This document shows, in pieces, positions 1 through 9,228 of a stretch of 64,000 bases of DNA. The translations under genes were made by a program, and so were the position numbers. Position 1 is the first letter of the stretch. Every line of letters begins with the position of its first letter. The notes below the pieces were generated by a model. That model saw nothing but the letters and a program-made list of their open reading frames with translations, had not been told where the DNA came from and did not search any database. Source of the stretch: a bacterium (GTDB lineage Bacteria > Babelota > Babeliae > Babelales > RVW-14); the NCBI GenBank assembly GCA_016699045.1, contig CP064957.1:537784-601783 (forward strand). The letters are read 5' to 3'.

Positions 1-134
1 CCAGCACCAATATCCAAAATTTTTTGTGATGAGTTATGAGGAATTTTTTCAAGAAGAGTACGAATAAATTGAGGCTTTGCTTTAAACCAAAAATGTTCTT
101 GGTTGGCACCTGCCTGATAATCTCGGTAATCCAC
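1..134 (-). CDS. class I SAM-dependent methyltransferase, N-terminal fragment (gene runs off the window start)
   Basis: Minus-strand GTG at 132-134 preceded by AAGGAG (complement of 139-144). Reads VDYRDYQAGANQEHFWFKAKPQFIRTLLEKIPHNSSQKILDIGAG, ending in the start of SAM-binding motif I. Absent from the ORF track because it has no stop in the window. Confidence 0.5.
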   Translation of the reverse strand, partial: MDYRDYQAGANQEHFWFKAKPQFIRTLLEKIPHNSSQKILDIGA

Positions 135-216
135 GAATCTCCTTTCTTTACTTTTTATGTGGACAGTATAGCATTGAAAATGGTTTTGTCCCCCACGAAA
201 TGGCAGAGGAGATGTT

Positions 217-1212
217 ATGGAAAATAGGATACTATCACTCGTTATTCCTTTACTTAATGAGGAAGGGAATTTAAAGCCTCTTTACGACGAACTCATACCG
301 ATTTTAACATCACTCAAACACTTCACGACATACGAGCTCATTTTCGTCAATGACGGAAGCGCCGACCAATCTCTTGCAATTTTAAAAGAACTGGCAGCAT
401 ACAATCCACAAGTAAAAATTATCTCATTCACTCGAAATTTTGGCCACGAACATGCTACGTATGCCGGCATGGTACATGCGCAAGGCGATGCCGTTGTGCT
501 CCTTGACGCCGACCGCCAAGACCCACCTGCTCTCATTGTTCAGTTTGAACAAGAATTTTTAAAAGGAAATCACATTGTTTATGGACAACGCTCAAAACGT
601 CTTAATGAATCGTGGTTTAAAAAATTGACCTCGAAAGCTTTTTATCCGCTGTTTAAATTCTTAACTAAAGTTGATATGCCACGAGATGTTGGCGACTTTT
701 GTTTGCTCAGTCGCAAAGCAATTAATTGCTTTAAACAACTACCCGAAAAAACATTGTTTATTCGCGGAATGATTTATTGGTCAGGGCTTTCAAAAAAAGC
801 GGTCCCTTTTGTCCGTCGCAGCCGTGGTGAAGGTACATCAAAATATAATTACAGCAAGCTACTTATTTTTGCACTTGAAAATATTATTTCTTTTTCAACG
901 TTTCCCATTTACGTCATGCTGTTTCTGGCGCTGCTAGCCATTGGGTTTTGTTTGGTTGGTACCTGCCTGGCGCTGGTCATGCATCTGTATGGCTATGTCA
1001 TTATGACGGGCTGGACATCACTCATGATCTGCATGCTCTTTCTTTTTGCATCAACCTTATTTTTTATCAGTTTAATTGGTTTGTATGTTGGCAAAATATT
1101 TCAAGAAGTTAAAAACCGTCCCGTCTTTTTAATTGACGAAAAAGTAAATTTTACTCAAACAAAAACTTTGCCTCATGACTATGCTCAATCGTTTGAACAA
1201 ATCATACGTTAG
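217..1212 (+). CDS. GT2 polyprenyl-phosphate glycosyltransferase (GtrB/ArnC/DPM1-like)
   Basis: 331 aa. GT-A motifs LSLVIPLLNEEGNL, VNDGSADQS and LLDADRQDPP (DxD). Two C-terminal TM helices followed by VGKIFQEVKNRPVFLIDE, the GtrB/ArnC architecture. Confidence 0.85.
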   Translation: MENRILSLVIPLLNEEGNLKPLYDELIPILTSLKHFTTYELIFVNDGSADQSLAILKELAAYNPQVKIISFTRNFGHEHATYAGMVHAQGDAVVLLDADRQDPPALIVQFEQEFLKGNHIVYGQRSKRLNESWFKKLTSKAFYPLFKFLTKVDMPRDVGDFCLLSRKAINCFKQLPEKTLFIRGMIYWSGLSKKAVPFVRRSRGEGTSKYNYSKLLIFALENIISFSTFPIYVMLFLALLAIGFCLVGTCLALVMHLYGYVIMTGWTSLMICMLFLFASTLFFISLIGLYVGKIFQEVKNRPVFLIDEKVNFTQTKTLPHDYAQSFEQIIR

Positions 1213-1220
1213 GTTCAATC

Positions 1221-2879
1221 ATGATACAAAGCATTTTAGTGCAAGGAACAACATCCAAGGTTGTTGTAAAAAAAAAGAACAATTCAACACTCATTTTTTC
1301 ATTATTACTTTTTGGCCTCACCATGACAATTTTAGGCCTACCCTTTACCAAGTGGGGTTTTAAAACAGACGACTTTGGCAATATCTATCATTGTAAAATT
1401 AACAAACTTTCAGACATTGGTACTTTTTTTACTGAAGGCAACATGGAGCGTTTTAATCACGCATCAAACAGCCATTCAACACCTCAAGCCTTTTTTGCAG
1501 GCTTGTATCGCCCCATGTCTTTTCTGTATTATTACGCCCAGTACCTCTTATTTGGCGCCAACGCTTATGGCTATTTTTTAACAACCATTGCTTTTCATGC
1601 GCTCAACAGCGTTTTACTTTTTAATATTTTTATCCCAATCGCCGGCACGCTCGGGGCATTTTTGACAGCTGCTTTTTTTGCTTTTCATCCAAGTTTATGG
1701 AATTGGCTGGGCTGGATTAGCGCTCAAACATATTTCATTGAACTACTTGTTTTATTGCTGTTAATACTCGCGCTCAAAAAATATCTCGATGATAAAAAAA
1801 TAATTTTTTATCTGATTTCGTGCACACTCTTTGCCATGAATCTTTTCTTAAAAGAGGCAACTATCATTCTGCCGCTCTGGGTTATGCCCGCACTTTATTT
1901 ATACCTTGAAAAAATTAATAAACGCTTTTTAACAACGCTACGCCTATCGCTTGGCTATTGGCTGGTTACGGTAGGTTATGCCGTTGTACGTTTATCAATG
2001 TTTCCATTAACCAAAGACACCAGCTCATTAACGTTTGAACCAACGCTTGCATCATTTGTAGCACGCATGAAAAGCCGCCTGTTTGACTTTGTTACTTATT
2101 TTAATGATTTGGTGGGCCTGACGGCGCTACCCGGCAATAACCGTCTCTTAAAAGGCGCACTCTTGCTCGTTTTTTTTACCGCACTTGCCTGGCTTTTTAT
2201 TCACAATCGCGAAAAAAAATGGATTCTTTTTTTATGGTACAGCACCATAATTTTCAGCTGGCCCGGGCTTTTAATGCACTATCAACCACGTTATTCCTAC
2301 ATGGCACTACCATTTTTTATGCTTTCTGTTCTGATGAGTTTAAGATTTTATGAAGCATCGTATGAATTTAAACAACACAAAATTTTTACTTGTGGGCTGT
2401 GTTTAATCATTGCCACTCACGCTTACTTTTTGTTTGGCAAATTAAAAAAACGAGAATATGTTTTGCATCAAGTCACAGGAGCTTTTCAAACACTTGTACA
2501 AAATCCCACCATTCATAATCGCGCGCTCTGTTTTGTGGGAATTCCATGCCACTGGTTTCATATGGGAACAGCCCAAGCAATGTGGCTTTTAACGAACAAT
2601 AATTCTTACCCTATTTACCAATTCAACGCAAAAATATGTCTAAAAAATAAAGATAATTATTTAGCCGTTCCAGCGTTAAAGAAAAATTATTTAACAATCA
2701 CTCAAAATACTGACAACTTTGTCCTGAGCTCACTTGAAGAAAAAAAGCTGTGGTTTCTTGACCAAAGCGATAAAAAAAATACCCACGCCACCATCGAAAT
2801 TCCTGAAGAAACACGAAAACAAAATCCGCTTTACATAACGTGGGATTATCAACTCGCTCGCTTTAAAATTTTATCATGA
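1221..2879 (+). CDS. GT-C fold integral-membrane glycosyltransferase (ArnT/PMT-like)
   Basis: 552 aa with many hydrophobic helices. DD motif FKTDDFGN (nt 1368-1373) right after the first TM helix. Soluble C-terminal ~130 aa. ATGA overlap with the next gene. Confidence 0.6.
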   Translation: MIQSILVQGTTSKVVVKKKNNSTLIFSLLLFGLTMTILGLPFTKWGFKTDDFGNIYHCKINKLSDIGTFFTEGNMERFNHASNSHSTPQAFFAGLYRPMSFLYYYAQYLLFGANAYGYFLTTIAFHALNSVLLFNIFIPIAGTLGAFLTAAFFAFHPSLWNWLGWISAQTYFIELLVLLLLILALKKYLDDKKIIFYLISCTLFAMNLFLKEATIILPLWVMPALYLYLEKINKRFLTTLRLSLGYWLVTVGYAVVRLSMFPLTKDTSSLTFEPTLASFVARMKSRLFDFVTYFNDLVGLTALPGNNRLLKGALLLVFFTALAWLFIHNREKKWILFLWYSTIIFSWPGLLMHYQPRYSYMALPFFMLSVLMSLRFYEASYEFKQHKIFTCGLCLIIATHAYFLFGKLKKREYVLHQVTGAFQTLVQNPTIHNRALCFVGIPCHWFHMGTAQAMWLLTNNNSYPIYQFNAKICLKNKDNYLAVPALKKNYLTITQNTDNFVLSSLEEKKLWFLDQSDKKNTHATIEIPEETRKQNPLYITWDYQLARFKILS

Positions 2880-4603
2880 CCATGACAAAAAGAAGCATTA
2901 TTACCATCATACTTTTTTTAGGCATCATTCTATTTTTTGGTTTACCATTTACTTCATGGTGGTTCTTTGGCGCCGATGATTATGGTGGAGTTTTAATTGG
3001 TTATAAAGCAAGAACCTGGCACGATCTTTTAAATTTTTTTTATGATGGCCACATCAATAATTCCTTTGGTAACGGCCCAACTAATAGCGCCTGGCTTAAT
3101 GAACGCCCTCCATTTTTTGGTACCTACTACCGCCCACTTTATTGCGTTTTTTTAACGCTCCAGTACTGGCTCTTTGGCAGCTATGCCTACCCCTATTTTT
3201 TATGCAACGTTGTATTCCACGCTTTCAACACCGCCGTACTTTTCTTGATATTTTCACAACTTACCAACTTGTTTCCCGCAATGCTTGCTGCTCTGCTTTT
3301 TGCTGCTCACCCACAAATTGCTTACCGCTTTGGCGCTATTGTCAACTTTCATTACTACGTTAACACGGCACTCGTGTTACTCGCATTTCTAGCGTTTAAA
3401 AAATATCTTGATACGGAGCAAGAACGTTACTATGCTGGAGCCTGCACACTTTTTATGATAAGTCTTTTTACTCGCGAATCATCAATCGTCTTACCCAGCA
3501 TTGCTATGCTTGGCGTGTATGTTTATACCAACGATTATGCTCTGCTCACGATAAAAAACTTTTTTTCGCAATGGTGCACAGCACTACAAAAAACTGTGGG
3601 GTTGTGGCTTATAAGCCTTTCATTTTTAGCATTACGTTTGTTTTTATACCCGCTTGGCGCGCCAACAGCATTACAACAAAACTCACTTCTCTCTTTTTTA
3701 ATAAAAAAAATTCCTGAGTTTAAAGTTTTTATTTTTGACCTTTTTAATCTTTCATGGCTGCCGTGGGGCCACCCACTTATGCGCGGTACAATACTTTGCA
3801 CCTGTCTTACAATCTTCGCTTTATTTTTTTGGAACAACAACCGCAAGCTTTATGTTCTTATCAGCTTTGCTGCCGGCTTCTTGATGCTCTGGCCAGCATT
3901 AATGGGACCGTACAGTCCACGCTACTTTTATGAAGCACACCCTTTTTTTCTAGCAGGTTTTATTATGTGCTGCTCATTTTATACCGGCACATTGATACGC
4001 TTTAAAAAAATATTTCTGACTTTGCTAACGTGCCTCGTTATCTTTGAAATCGGTTTTGTTATGCACAGCTTTGCACGCCGCTCTACCAAGCACGGCCTCC
4101 TTGCACAAGCAACCTACGAACTTACTACAAACCCTGCGATTAAAAATCGTGCACTCTGTTTTATTGGCCATCCAACCGATGGCTTTGCCGACCAAAATGC
4201 CGCTATATTTTGGATTCTTTTAAACGACCTTTCTATACCCATTTTCTTTGATTCAGCAACGGCAATTACACAAGCAGATGCAAATATTGTACAACCAACA
4301 AAATGGGCCAATATTGTTAGCAATTATCATGATAAAAATTATTATACCACCATCCCAGTCCCTGGCGGCTTTCGCTTTACGTCGCTCAATCCGGCAAAAA
4401 TTCACTTCTTTACCGAAAACTGTAATTACTCGTTTGGGGAAAAAATTGTTCATGAAAAACAGATAGTGGACGGGCAACGTGTCGTCACTGACTTTACGCT
4501 ACTTATTAACAAAGAATATCTTAAACAAAATCCTCTCTTTGTCAGGTGGGATTTTGAAACTAAAAGTTTTATAATTGAGAAAAGCATGATTTCAAAAGAA
4601 TAG
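2876..4603 (+). CDS. GT-C fold integral-membrane glycosyltransferase, paralog of 1221-2879
   Basis: 575 aa. FGADDYGG (nt 2975-2980) sits at the same position as in the paralog. Shared motifs YRP(M/L), NP(T/A)I(H/K)NRALCF(V/I)G and QNPL(Y/F)xxWD(Y/F). Confidence 0.6.
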   Translation: MTMTKRSIITIILFLGIILFFGLPFTSWWFFGADDYGGVLIGYKARTWHDLLNFFYDGHINNSFGNGPTNSAWLNERPPFFGTYYRPLYCVFLTLQYWLFGSYAYPYFLCNVVFHAFNTAVLFLIFSQLTNLFPAMLAALLFAAHPQIAYRFGAIVNFHYYVNTALVLLAFLAFKKYLDTEQERYYAGACTLFMISLFTRESSIVLPSIAMLGVYVYTNDYALLTIKNFFSQWCTALQKTVGLWLISLSFLALRLFLYPLGAPTALQQNSLLSFLIKKIPEFKVFIFDLFNLSWLPWGHPLMRGTILCTCLTIFALFFWNNNRKLYVLISFAAGFLMLWPALMGPYSPRYFYEAHPFFLAGFIMCCSFYTGTLIRFKKIFLTLLTCLVIFEIGFVMHSFARRSTKHGLLAQATYELTTNPAIKNRALCFIGHPTDGFADQNAAIFWILLNDLSIPIFFDSATAITQADANIVQPTKWANIVSNYHDKNYYTTIPVPGGFRFTSLNPAKIHFFTENCNYSFGEKIVHEKQIVDGQRVVTDFTLLINKEYLKQNPLFVRWDFETKSFIIEKSMISKE

Positions 4604-4605
4604 TT

Positions 4606-4741
4606 GCCGTTCAAATTCTTTGACAAATTCAGAACGAACGGCCGTTAGTATCAACTATTACGAGAGTATTAACAGCAAGAAAAAATTTGTGTCTTTGTTT
4701 AATAGCCGTTCACCCTGAGCTTGTCGAATGGGTCGAACGGC
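4606..4741. repeat. two imperfect GCCGTTC...GAACGGC hairpin elements in a convergent intergenic region
   Basis: 4606-4642 is GCCGTTC(N23)GAACGGC. 4705-4741 is GCCGTTCACCC(N14)GGGTCGAACGGC. The second translates as PFTLSLSNG (+) and PFDKLRVNG (-). Confidence 0.4.
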
Positions 4742-4774
4742 ATCTCGCAAACAAGTATGAGGAAATCTGCAAAG

Positions 4775-5707
4775 TCACCTGTCGCGAAGCGTAAAAAAAG
4801 CACTAATTTTGCGCACACCAGCTTTGTATTTCCAGCCAACCTGCTCAAGAATTTTTGCAGAAAACGATTTGCCTTTAACAACCTGCGGATGAAGTGCTAC
4901 AACTTGTTCATGCAAAGTTTCAAATAGCTGACCGACATTGGTTACATCGACATAATCTTTGGCAATAATTTTGCCTAAATTATTTTGTTTTCGATCATAA
5001 TAAATCCCATCCCACTTGGCCAGATAGCGATTAAGATCGTCCTTCATTTTTTGATAATTGGTTTTGCGCACATCAACGTTAGCATGTGGATAATGCTCAA
5101 CATACGAATCTGGCGCATCAAGAATTTGATACCCAGCCTGCCACAATTTTAAACACAAATCACCATCGCCGTTATAAAAAAAGAACGTTTCTTCGTCAAT
5201 ATAATCAACTTCTTTGAGCGCTTGATTTAAAAACATGCCATGATTAACGTACAATTTTTCGCCAAGTGTACAACCAACGTGGTAGCTTGCTGACCGTGAC
5301 CACTCGCGCCAATAAAATGCCAGCGCACCAATTTTTTCGCCTCGCTCACGCAACTGATCAAAATAAGCAACGCCATTTTTTAACGCGCCAGGAATAAAAA
5401 TGCAGTCATCACTGATCATACAAACATACTGCCCTTGCGCAGCTTTGAACGCAAGATTCATAAAATAGCCCCATGTGCGTCGCTCAATTTCTTTGCCAAG
5501 CCACACTCCGCGATTGTGCTGCACGATGGTAATAACATCTTTTTGTTCGCACAGCCACGCGAGTGTGCCGTCAGTTGAGCCGCCATCAACGATAATAATT
5601 TCATGCGGCACATTTTCAACTTCAGCACGAATGCTGGCAAGCGTTAATTGTATAAATGCTAAACGGTTGTACGAACCGAGAACGACTGAAACTTTTGGGT
5701 TTTTCAT
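4775..5707 (-). CDS. GT2 family glycosyltransferase
   Basis: Start moved to MKNPKVSVVLGSYNRLAFIQ (ATG at 5705-5707), 5 nt after the upstream gene's stop. Motifs VVLGSYNR, IIIVDGGSTDGT, MISDDC. Confidence 0.8.
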   Translation of the reverse strand: MKNPKVSVVLGSYNRLAFIQLTLASIRAEVENVPHEIIIVDGGSTDGTLAWLCEQKDVITIVQHNRGVWLGKEIERRTWGYFMNLAFKAAQGQYVCMISDDCIFIPGALKNGVAYFDQLRERGEKIGALAFYWREWSRSASYHVGCTLGEKLYVNHGMFLNQALKEVDYIDEETFFFYNGDGDLCLKLWQAGYQILDAPDSYVEHYPHANVDVRKTNYQKMKDDLNRYLAKWDGIYYDRKQNNLGKIIAKDYVDVTNVGQLFETLHEQVVALHPQVVKGKSFSAKILEQVGWKYKAGVRKISAFFTLRDR

Positions 5708-5712
5708 AAAAT

Positions 5713-6888
5713 TTATCCGTGAATATAGCGCTGCGTGCTGCTCCAACAGCGACGAACTGGCGCAAATTCATCAAGAATTTTTATAATTTTTTGTACGTAA
5801 TCATCACACGTCCAACTATTCGCACGCGCTAAACCTTTGTTAATTAACTGCTGCCTCAGATCATAATCGTTTAATAGTGTTTGAATGTGCTGCGCTAACT
5901 GCTCTAAACTGCGCGGGTTAAAAAATAAAGCAGCATCGCCCAGCTGCTCACGCATGCCATCAACATCGGCAGCAATAACGGGGCAACCAAGCGCAAACGC
6001 TTCCAAGGGAGGAATATTGTTCGGGCCAAAAAATGACGCGAACGTTAACGCACAAGCGTTCCGATAGAGCGCCACCAACTCAGGAATTGAAACAAAACCA
6101 AGAAAATGAACTTGATCCTGCAAGCCGAGCGTTGCAACTATTTCTTGCACATATGCCAAATTTCCTTTGTCAGAACCGGTCAGCACCAGATCTACTAAGC
6201 TTCCCTGTTCCTTGAGCTGTTTGATGGCGTACAACAACGTTATATGGTTTTTGTGTGGCCAAAACTGCGCAGGATAAAAAACATACGGCCGTTTAAAATC
6301 ATATTTTTTGATAACATCAACCTGCTCAAGTGTCTTATCAAAAACAAAGTCTGGCGTCGGCAATTCAAGCGTTTCAACGCGCTGTTCAGACATGCCATAA
6401 AAACGCATAACCTCTCGTTTTGCCGTTTCATTACCCGCCAAAACGTACGCAGCTCGTGGAATGACATTGGCATAGTGCCGCTCGCGTTCTTCAAAAGTAC
6501 TGCCAGTCACACTGACTTCAGGAAAAAATGATTGGTGCCGGTGCTGCAAATCCCACACCGTGTACAAATACGGCACCTCAACAAATTGGTGTGCTGGTGT
6601 TACAAACCAAACCATGTCGATATTATTTTCAAGGACTGCACGATTTAATAAACTTTTATATTTTTTTTGAACCTCTCGAGTATCAAAATAGCGCCAACAT
6701 TTGAGCGCAGCTTTTTTCAGTAACGAATCTTGCGGACTGCTCAATTTTTTTTGTAACGAATCTAAGATAACAAATTCATGCGTACTGTGGCTGCGTTTAA
6801 TTGCTTGCAGCAAAGAATACTGAAAGGTGTAGCCCCCACCAGATTTTGGATCTGATAACACCCCGCCAAAATAAACACCAATTTTCAT
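5713..6888 (-). CDS. GT4-type (GT-B, Glycos_transf_1) glycosyltransferase
   Basis: 391 aa. C-terminal domain has FGPNNIPPLEAFALGCPVIAADVDGMREQLGDAALFFNP, an E-x7-E type region. Confidence 0.8.
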   Translation of the reverse strand: MKIGVYFGGVLSDPKSGGGYTFQYSLLQAIKRSHSTHEFVILDSLQKKLSSPQDSLLKKAALKCWRYFDTREVQKKYKSLLNRAVLENNIDMVWFVTPAHQFVEVPYLYTVWDLQHRHQSFFPEVSVTGSTFEERERHYANVIPRAAYVLAGNETAKREVMRFYGMSEQRVETLELPTPDFVFDKTLEQVDVIKKYDFKRPYVFYPAQFWPHKNHITLLYAIKQLKEQGSLVDLVLTGSDKGNLAYVQEIVATLGLQDQVHFLGFVSIPELVALYRNACALTFASFFGPNNIPPLEAFALGCPVIAADVDGMREQLGDAALFFNPRSLEQLAQHIQTLLNDYDLRQQLINKGLARANSWTCDDYVQKIIKILDEFAPVRRCWSSTQRYIHG

Positions 6889-6902
6889 AGCTTCACCATG
6901 CT

Positions 6903-7670
6903 TTATTTTTTACGCCCAACCGCACACACGCCCCACGACCTACTGACCTGCTGCTTGCCCGTCAACCATTCTTCAAAGGCCACCAGCTCAAAACCATGCT
7001 GCTCAAACAACGCCTCAACTTCTGGTTTAAACAAATAACGCATGCAATGATTTTCATGCAATTCAGTCGTCGCATCCTGTTTTTTGTCATGAACAAAAAT
7101 CGTAAATTTAACATTAACGCAATTGTTTGCTTCCTGACTTTCAGGCTCGGCAACACGCGTTACTTTTACGGCATCAGTTTCTATACGCTTAACGCGTACG
7201 TCTGAGCCAATCGTTAACACCGCCGGCCCATACCAAAAATCAAATACAAATAAACCGCCGGCATTCACATGCACGGCCGCCGTTTGAAATGCTGCTTGCA
7301 AATCAGCATTAGTTGTTTGATAGCTCATGACATGAAATAATGAGGCAACCACATCAAATTTTTTTGCTAACCGTACAGTGCGTAAATCACCAACAGAAAA
7401 AGACAGCCGGCTTGCATTTTCAGAATTTTCAGCGCGCAACGCCTCTGCTTGCGTAAGCATCTGCTCACTCAAGTCAATGCCATGGACGCCATATCCCTTA
7501 CGTGCTAGCGCCAACGCATGCCGGCCGGTTCCACACCCTAACTCAAAAATTGAGCGCGCCTGCGGGGCAAATTTTTTGATCAACGCATCAAGATAGTTAG
7601 TTTCGGCATCATAATTTTTATCGTGATACAACGCATCGTAATACTGGGCGTAAGCGCCAAAAACTGTCAT
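6903..7670 (-). CDS. class I SAM-dependent methyltransferase
   Basis: Start at MTVFGAYAQYYD (ATG 7668-7670) forms an ATGA overlap with the stop of the upstream aminotransferase. Motif I is IFELGCGTGRHALALARKG. Confidence 0.8.
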   Translation of the reverse strand: MTVFGAYAQYYDALYHDKNYDAETNYLDALIKKFAPQARSIFELGCGTGRHALALARKGYGVHGIDLSEQMLTQAEALRAENSENASRLSFSVGDLRTVRLAKKFDVVASLFHVMSYQTTNADLQAAFQTAAVHVNAGGLFVFDFWYGPAVLTIGSDVRVKRIETDAVKVTRVAEPESQEANNCVNVKFTIFVHDKKQDATTELHENHCMRYLFKPEVEALFEQHGFELVAFEEWLTGKQQVSRSWGVCAVGRKK

Positions 7671-8803
7671 GAAAAAATCTCCTTGATCGCGCAAACCACA
7701 CGATCCATCTGCTCTTGCGTCAACGCAAGACCGCTGGGAATATAAAAACCTCTGCGCGCCAAGCGTTCAGCCACAGGACATGATTGCATCACTTCTCTAT
7801 TTTGGTTAAACACCGGCTGCTCATGTAAACCCCAAAAAAATGGGCGCGTTCCAATACCGCGCTCCGCAAGAAGTCGCATCATTTCCATCGCATCAAATGG
7901 CACACTATCTTTGAGTACCATACCAAAAACCCAGTAAATGTTAGTGGCATACGCCGTCATTTCAAGCGGTAACTCCAGATAGCCAATGCGGCGCAAATGC
8001 GTGGTGTAAAATTGTCCAATCAATCTTTTTTTCTTAATAAAAAGATCAAGCTGCTCAAGCTGTGCCAAGCCGACGGCCGCTTGCAAGTTAGTCATACGAA
8101 AATTATAACCAAGTTCATCATGCACAAAACGACGCTCTGCTTTAAAACACAAATTACGTAATGAACGTGCACGCTCAGCCAAATGCTCGTCATTTGTCAT
8201 AACCATGCCACCCTCGCCTGTTGTCACATGCTTATTGGGATAAAAACTCACGATACTGATATCGCCCAAACTACCACACGGCTGACCGCGATACGTTTGG
8301 CCAATCGCCTGGGCAGCATCTTCAATAATTTTTAAATTATATTTTTTTGCCAATTCAATCACCGGATCCATGTCGGTAGGCAGGCCATAAATATGCACGA
8401 CCATAATTGCTTTGGTCCGTGGTGTAATTTTTTTTTCAAGATCAGTAACATCCATGTTCCACGTCTTGGCATCAGCGTCAACAAACACGGGCTCACAATC
8501 AGCGCGCACTATGGCAATAGCACAAGAAATAATGGTGAAGGTGGGCACAATAATCTGACTACCAGGCTCAAGGTCAAGTGCACGCACCGCCACTTCAAGC
8601 GCAGCTGTGCCATTCATAACGGCAATACCGTACTCACAACCCATGCGGGCTGAAAAAAGTTCTTCAAATTTTTTAACAAAAGGACCGTCGGAAGAAATCC
8701 AACCGGTATCGATACATTCATTTAAATATTTTTTTTCATTCCCATTCAACAACGGTTCATTGACGGGAATAAACACATGTTTTGCGTCTTGAGTTTGTAT
8801 CAT
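7667..8803 (-). CDS. DegT/DnrJ/EryC1/StrS-family PLP-dependent sugar aminotransferase
   Basis: 378 aa. DTGWISSDGPFVKKFEE. PLP-lysine context VSFYPNKHVTTGEGG. Confidence 0.85.
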   Translation of the reverse strand: MIQTQDAKHVFIPVNEPLLNGNEKKYLNECIDTGWISSDGPFVKKFEELFSARMGCEYGIAVMNGTAALEVAVRALDLEPGSQIIVPTFTIISCAIAIVRADCEPVFVDADAKTWNMDVTDLEKKITPRTKAIMVVHIYGLPTDMDPVIELAKKYNLKIIEDAAQAIGQTYRGQPCGSLGDISIVSFYPNKHVTTGEGGMVMTNDEHLAERARSLRNLCFKAERRFVHDELGYNFRMTNLQAAVGLAQLEQLDLFIKKKRLIGQFYTTHLRRIGYLELPLEMTAYATNIYWVFGMVLKDSVPFDAMEMMRLLAERGIGTRPFFWGLHEQPVFNQNREVMQSCPVAERLARRGFYIPSGLALTQEQMDRVVCAIKEIFS

Positions 8804-9228
8804 GTCATCCTCAACTTTTGCTCATCGACCTTGGCAATAATAGTTTTATCATTCCCACCCACATACGGCCCCTGCTTAACTTCAAACATTTCAACATCTT
8901 CAATAATTTTAAAACCATGCCCGCCACGCGCCAAGAGCACCACATCACCAGCCTGCAAAAGTCTGCTTTCAACATAACTACCGTCTTCGCAATAAAAATC
9001 AGCACGCAAAATTCCTTTACGAATGAAAAGAACTTCTTTGGTAAGCACAACCTCACGGCGGACTTCGTTATGAATATGCGGCTTAATTTCATGCCCAGCA
9101 GCATGTTGCATGTAACCAAGTTGTTGTGAAAAATTGTCAGGCGTTAAAAAAGAAATGCCGGGCTTGCTAAACGTATGCCGCACAATAGTTGCTAAAAGTA
9201 CCTGCCCATGAATAACATGCTCGATCAT
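8800..9228 (-). CDS. small cupin-fold protein (WbuC / sugar ketoisomerase-like)
   Basis: 142 aa. His-rich cupin motif HAAGHEIKPHIHNE ... GGHGFKI. ATGA overlaps on both sides, inside the sugar-modification operon. Confidence 0.5.
   Translation of the reverse strand: MIEHVIHGQVLLATIVRHTFSKPGISFLTPDNFSQQLGYMQHAAGHEIKPHIHNEVRREVVLTKEVLFIRKGILRADFYCEDGSYVESRLLQAGDVVLLARGGHGFKIIEDVEMFEVKQGPYVGGNDKTIIAKVDEQKLRMT

Noticed and set aside
36-227. Plus-strand 63-aa ORF at the window start
   Set aside because: The opposite strand encodes a methyltransferase N-terminus with a good RBS and SAM motif I. The plus ORF has no RBS and its translation is low in information.
282-9129. Numerous 60-125-aa ORFs antisense to, or in alternative frames of, the GT2, GT-C, GT4, aminotransferase and cupin genes (for example 282-536, 3535-3846, 4253-4477, 6244-6531, 8393-8653, 8782-9129)
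   Set aside because: They lie wholly inside ORFs with clear family motifs. They lack RBS signals and have odd composition (Cys/Arg/His-rich). They are typical shadow ORFs.
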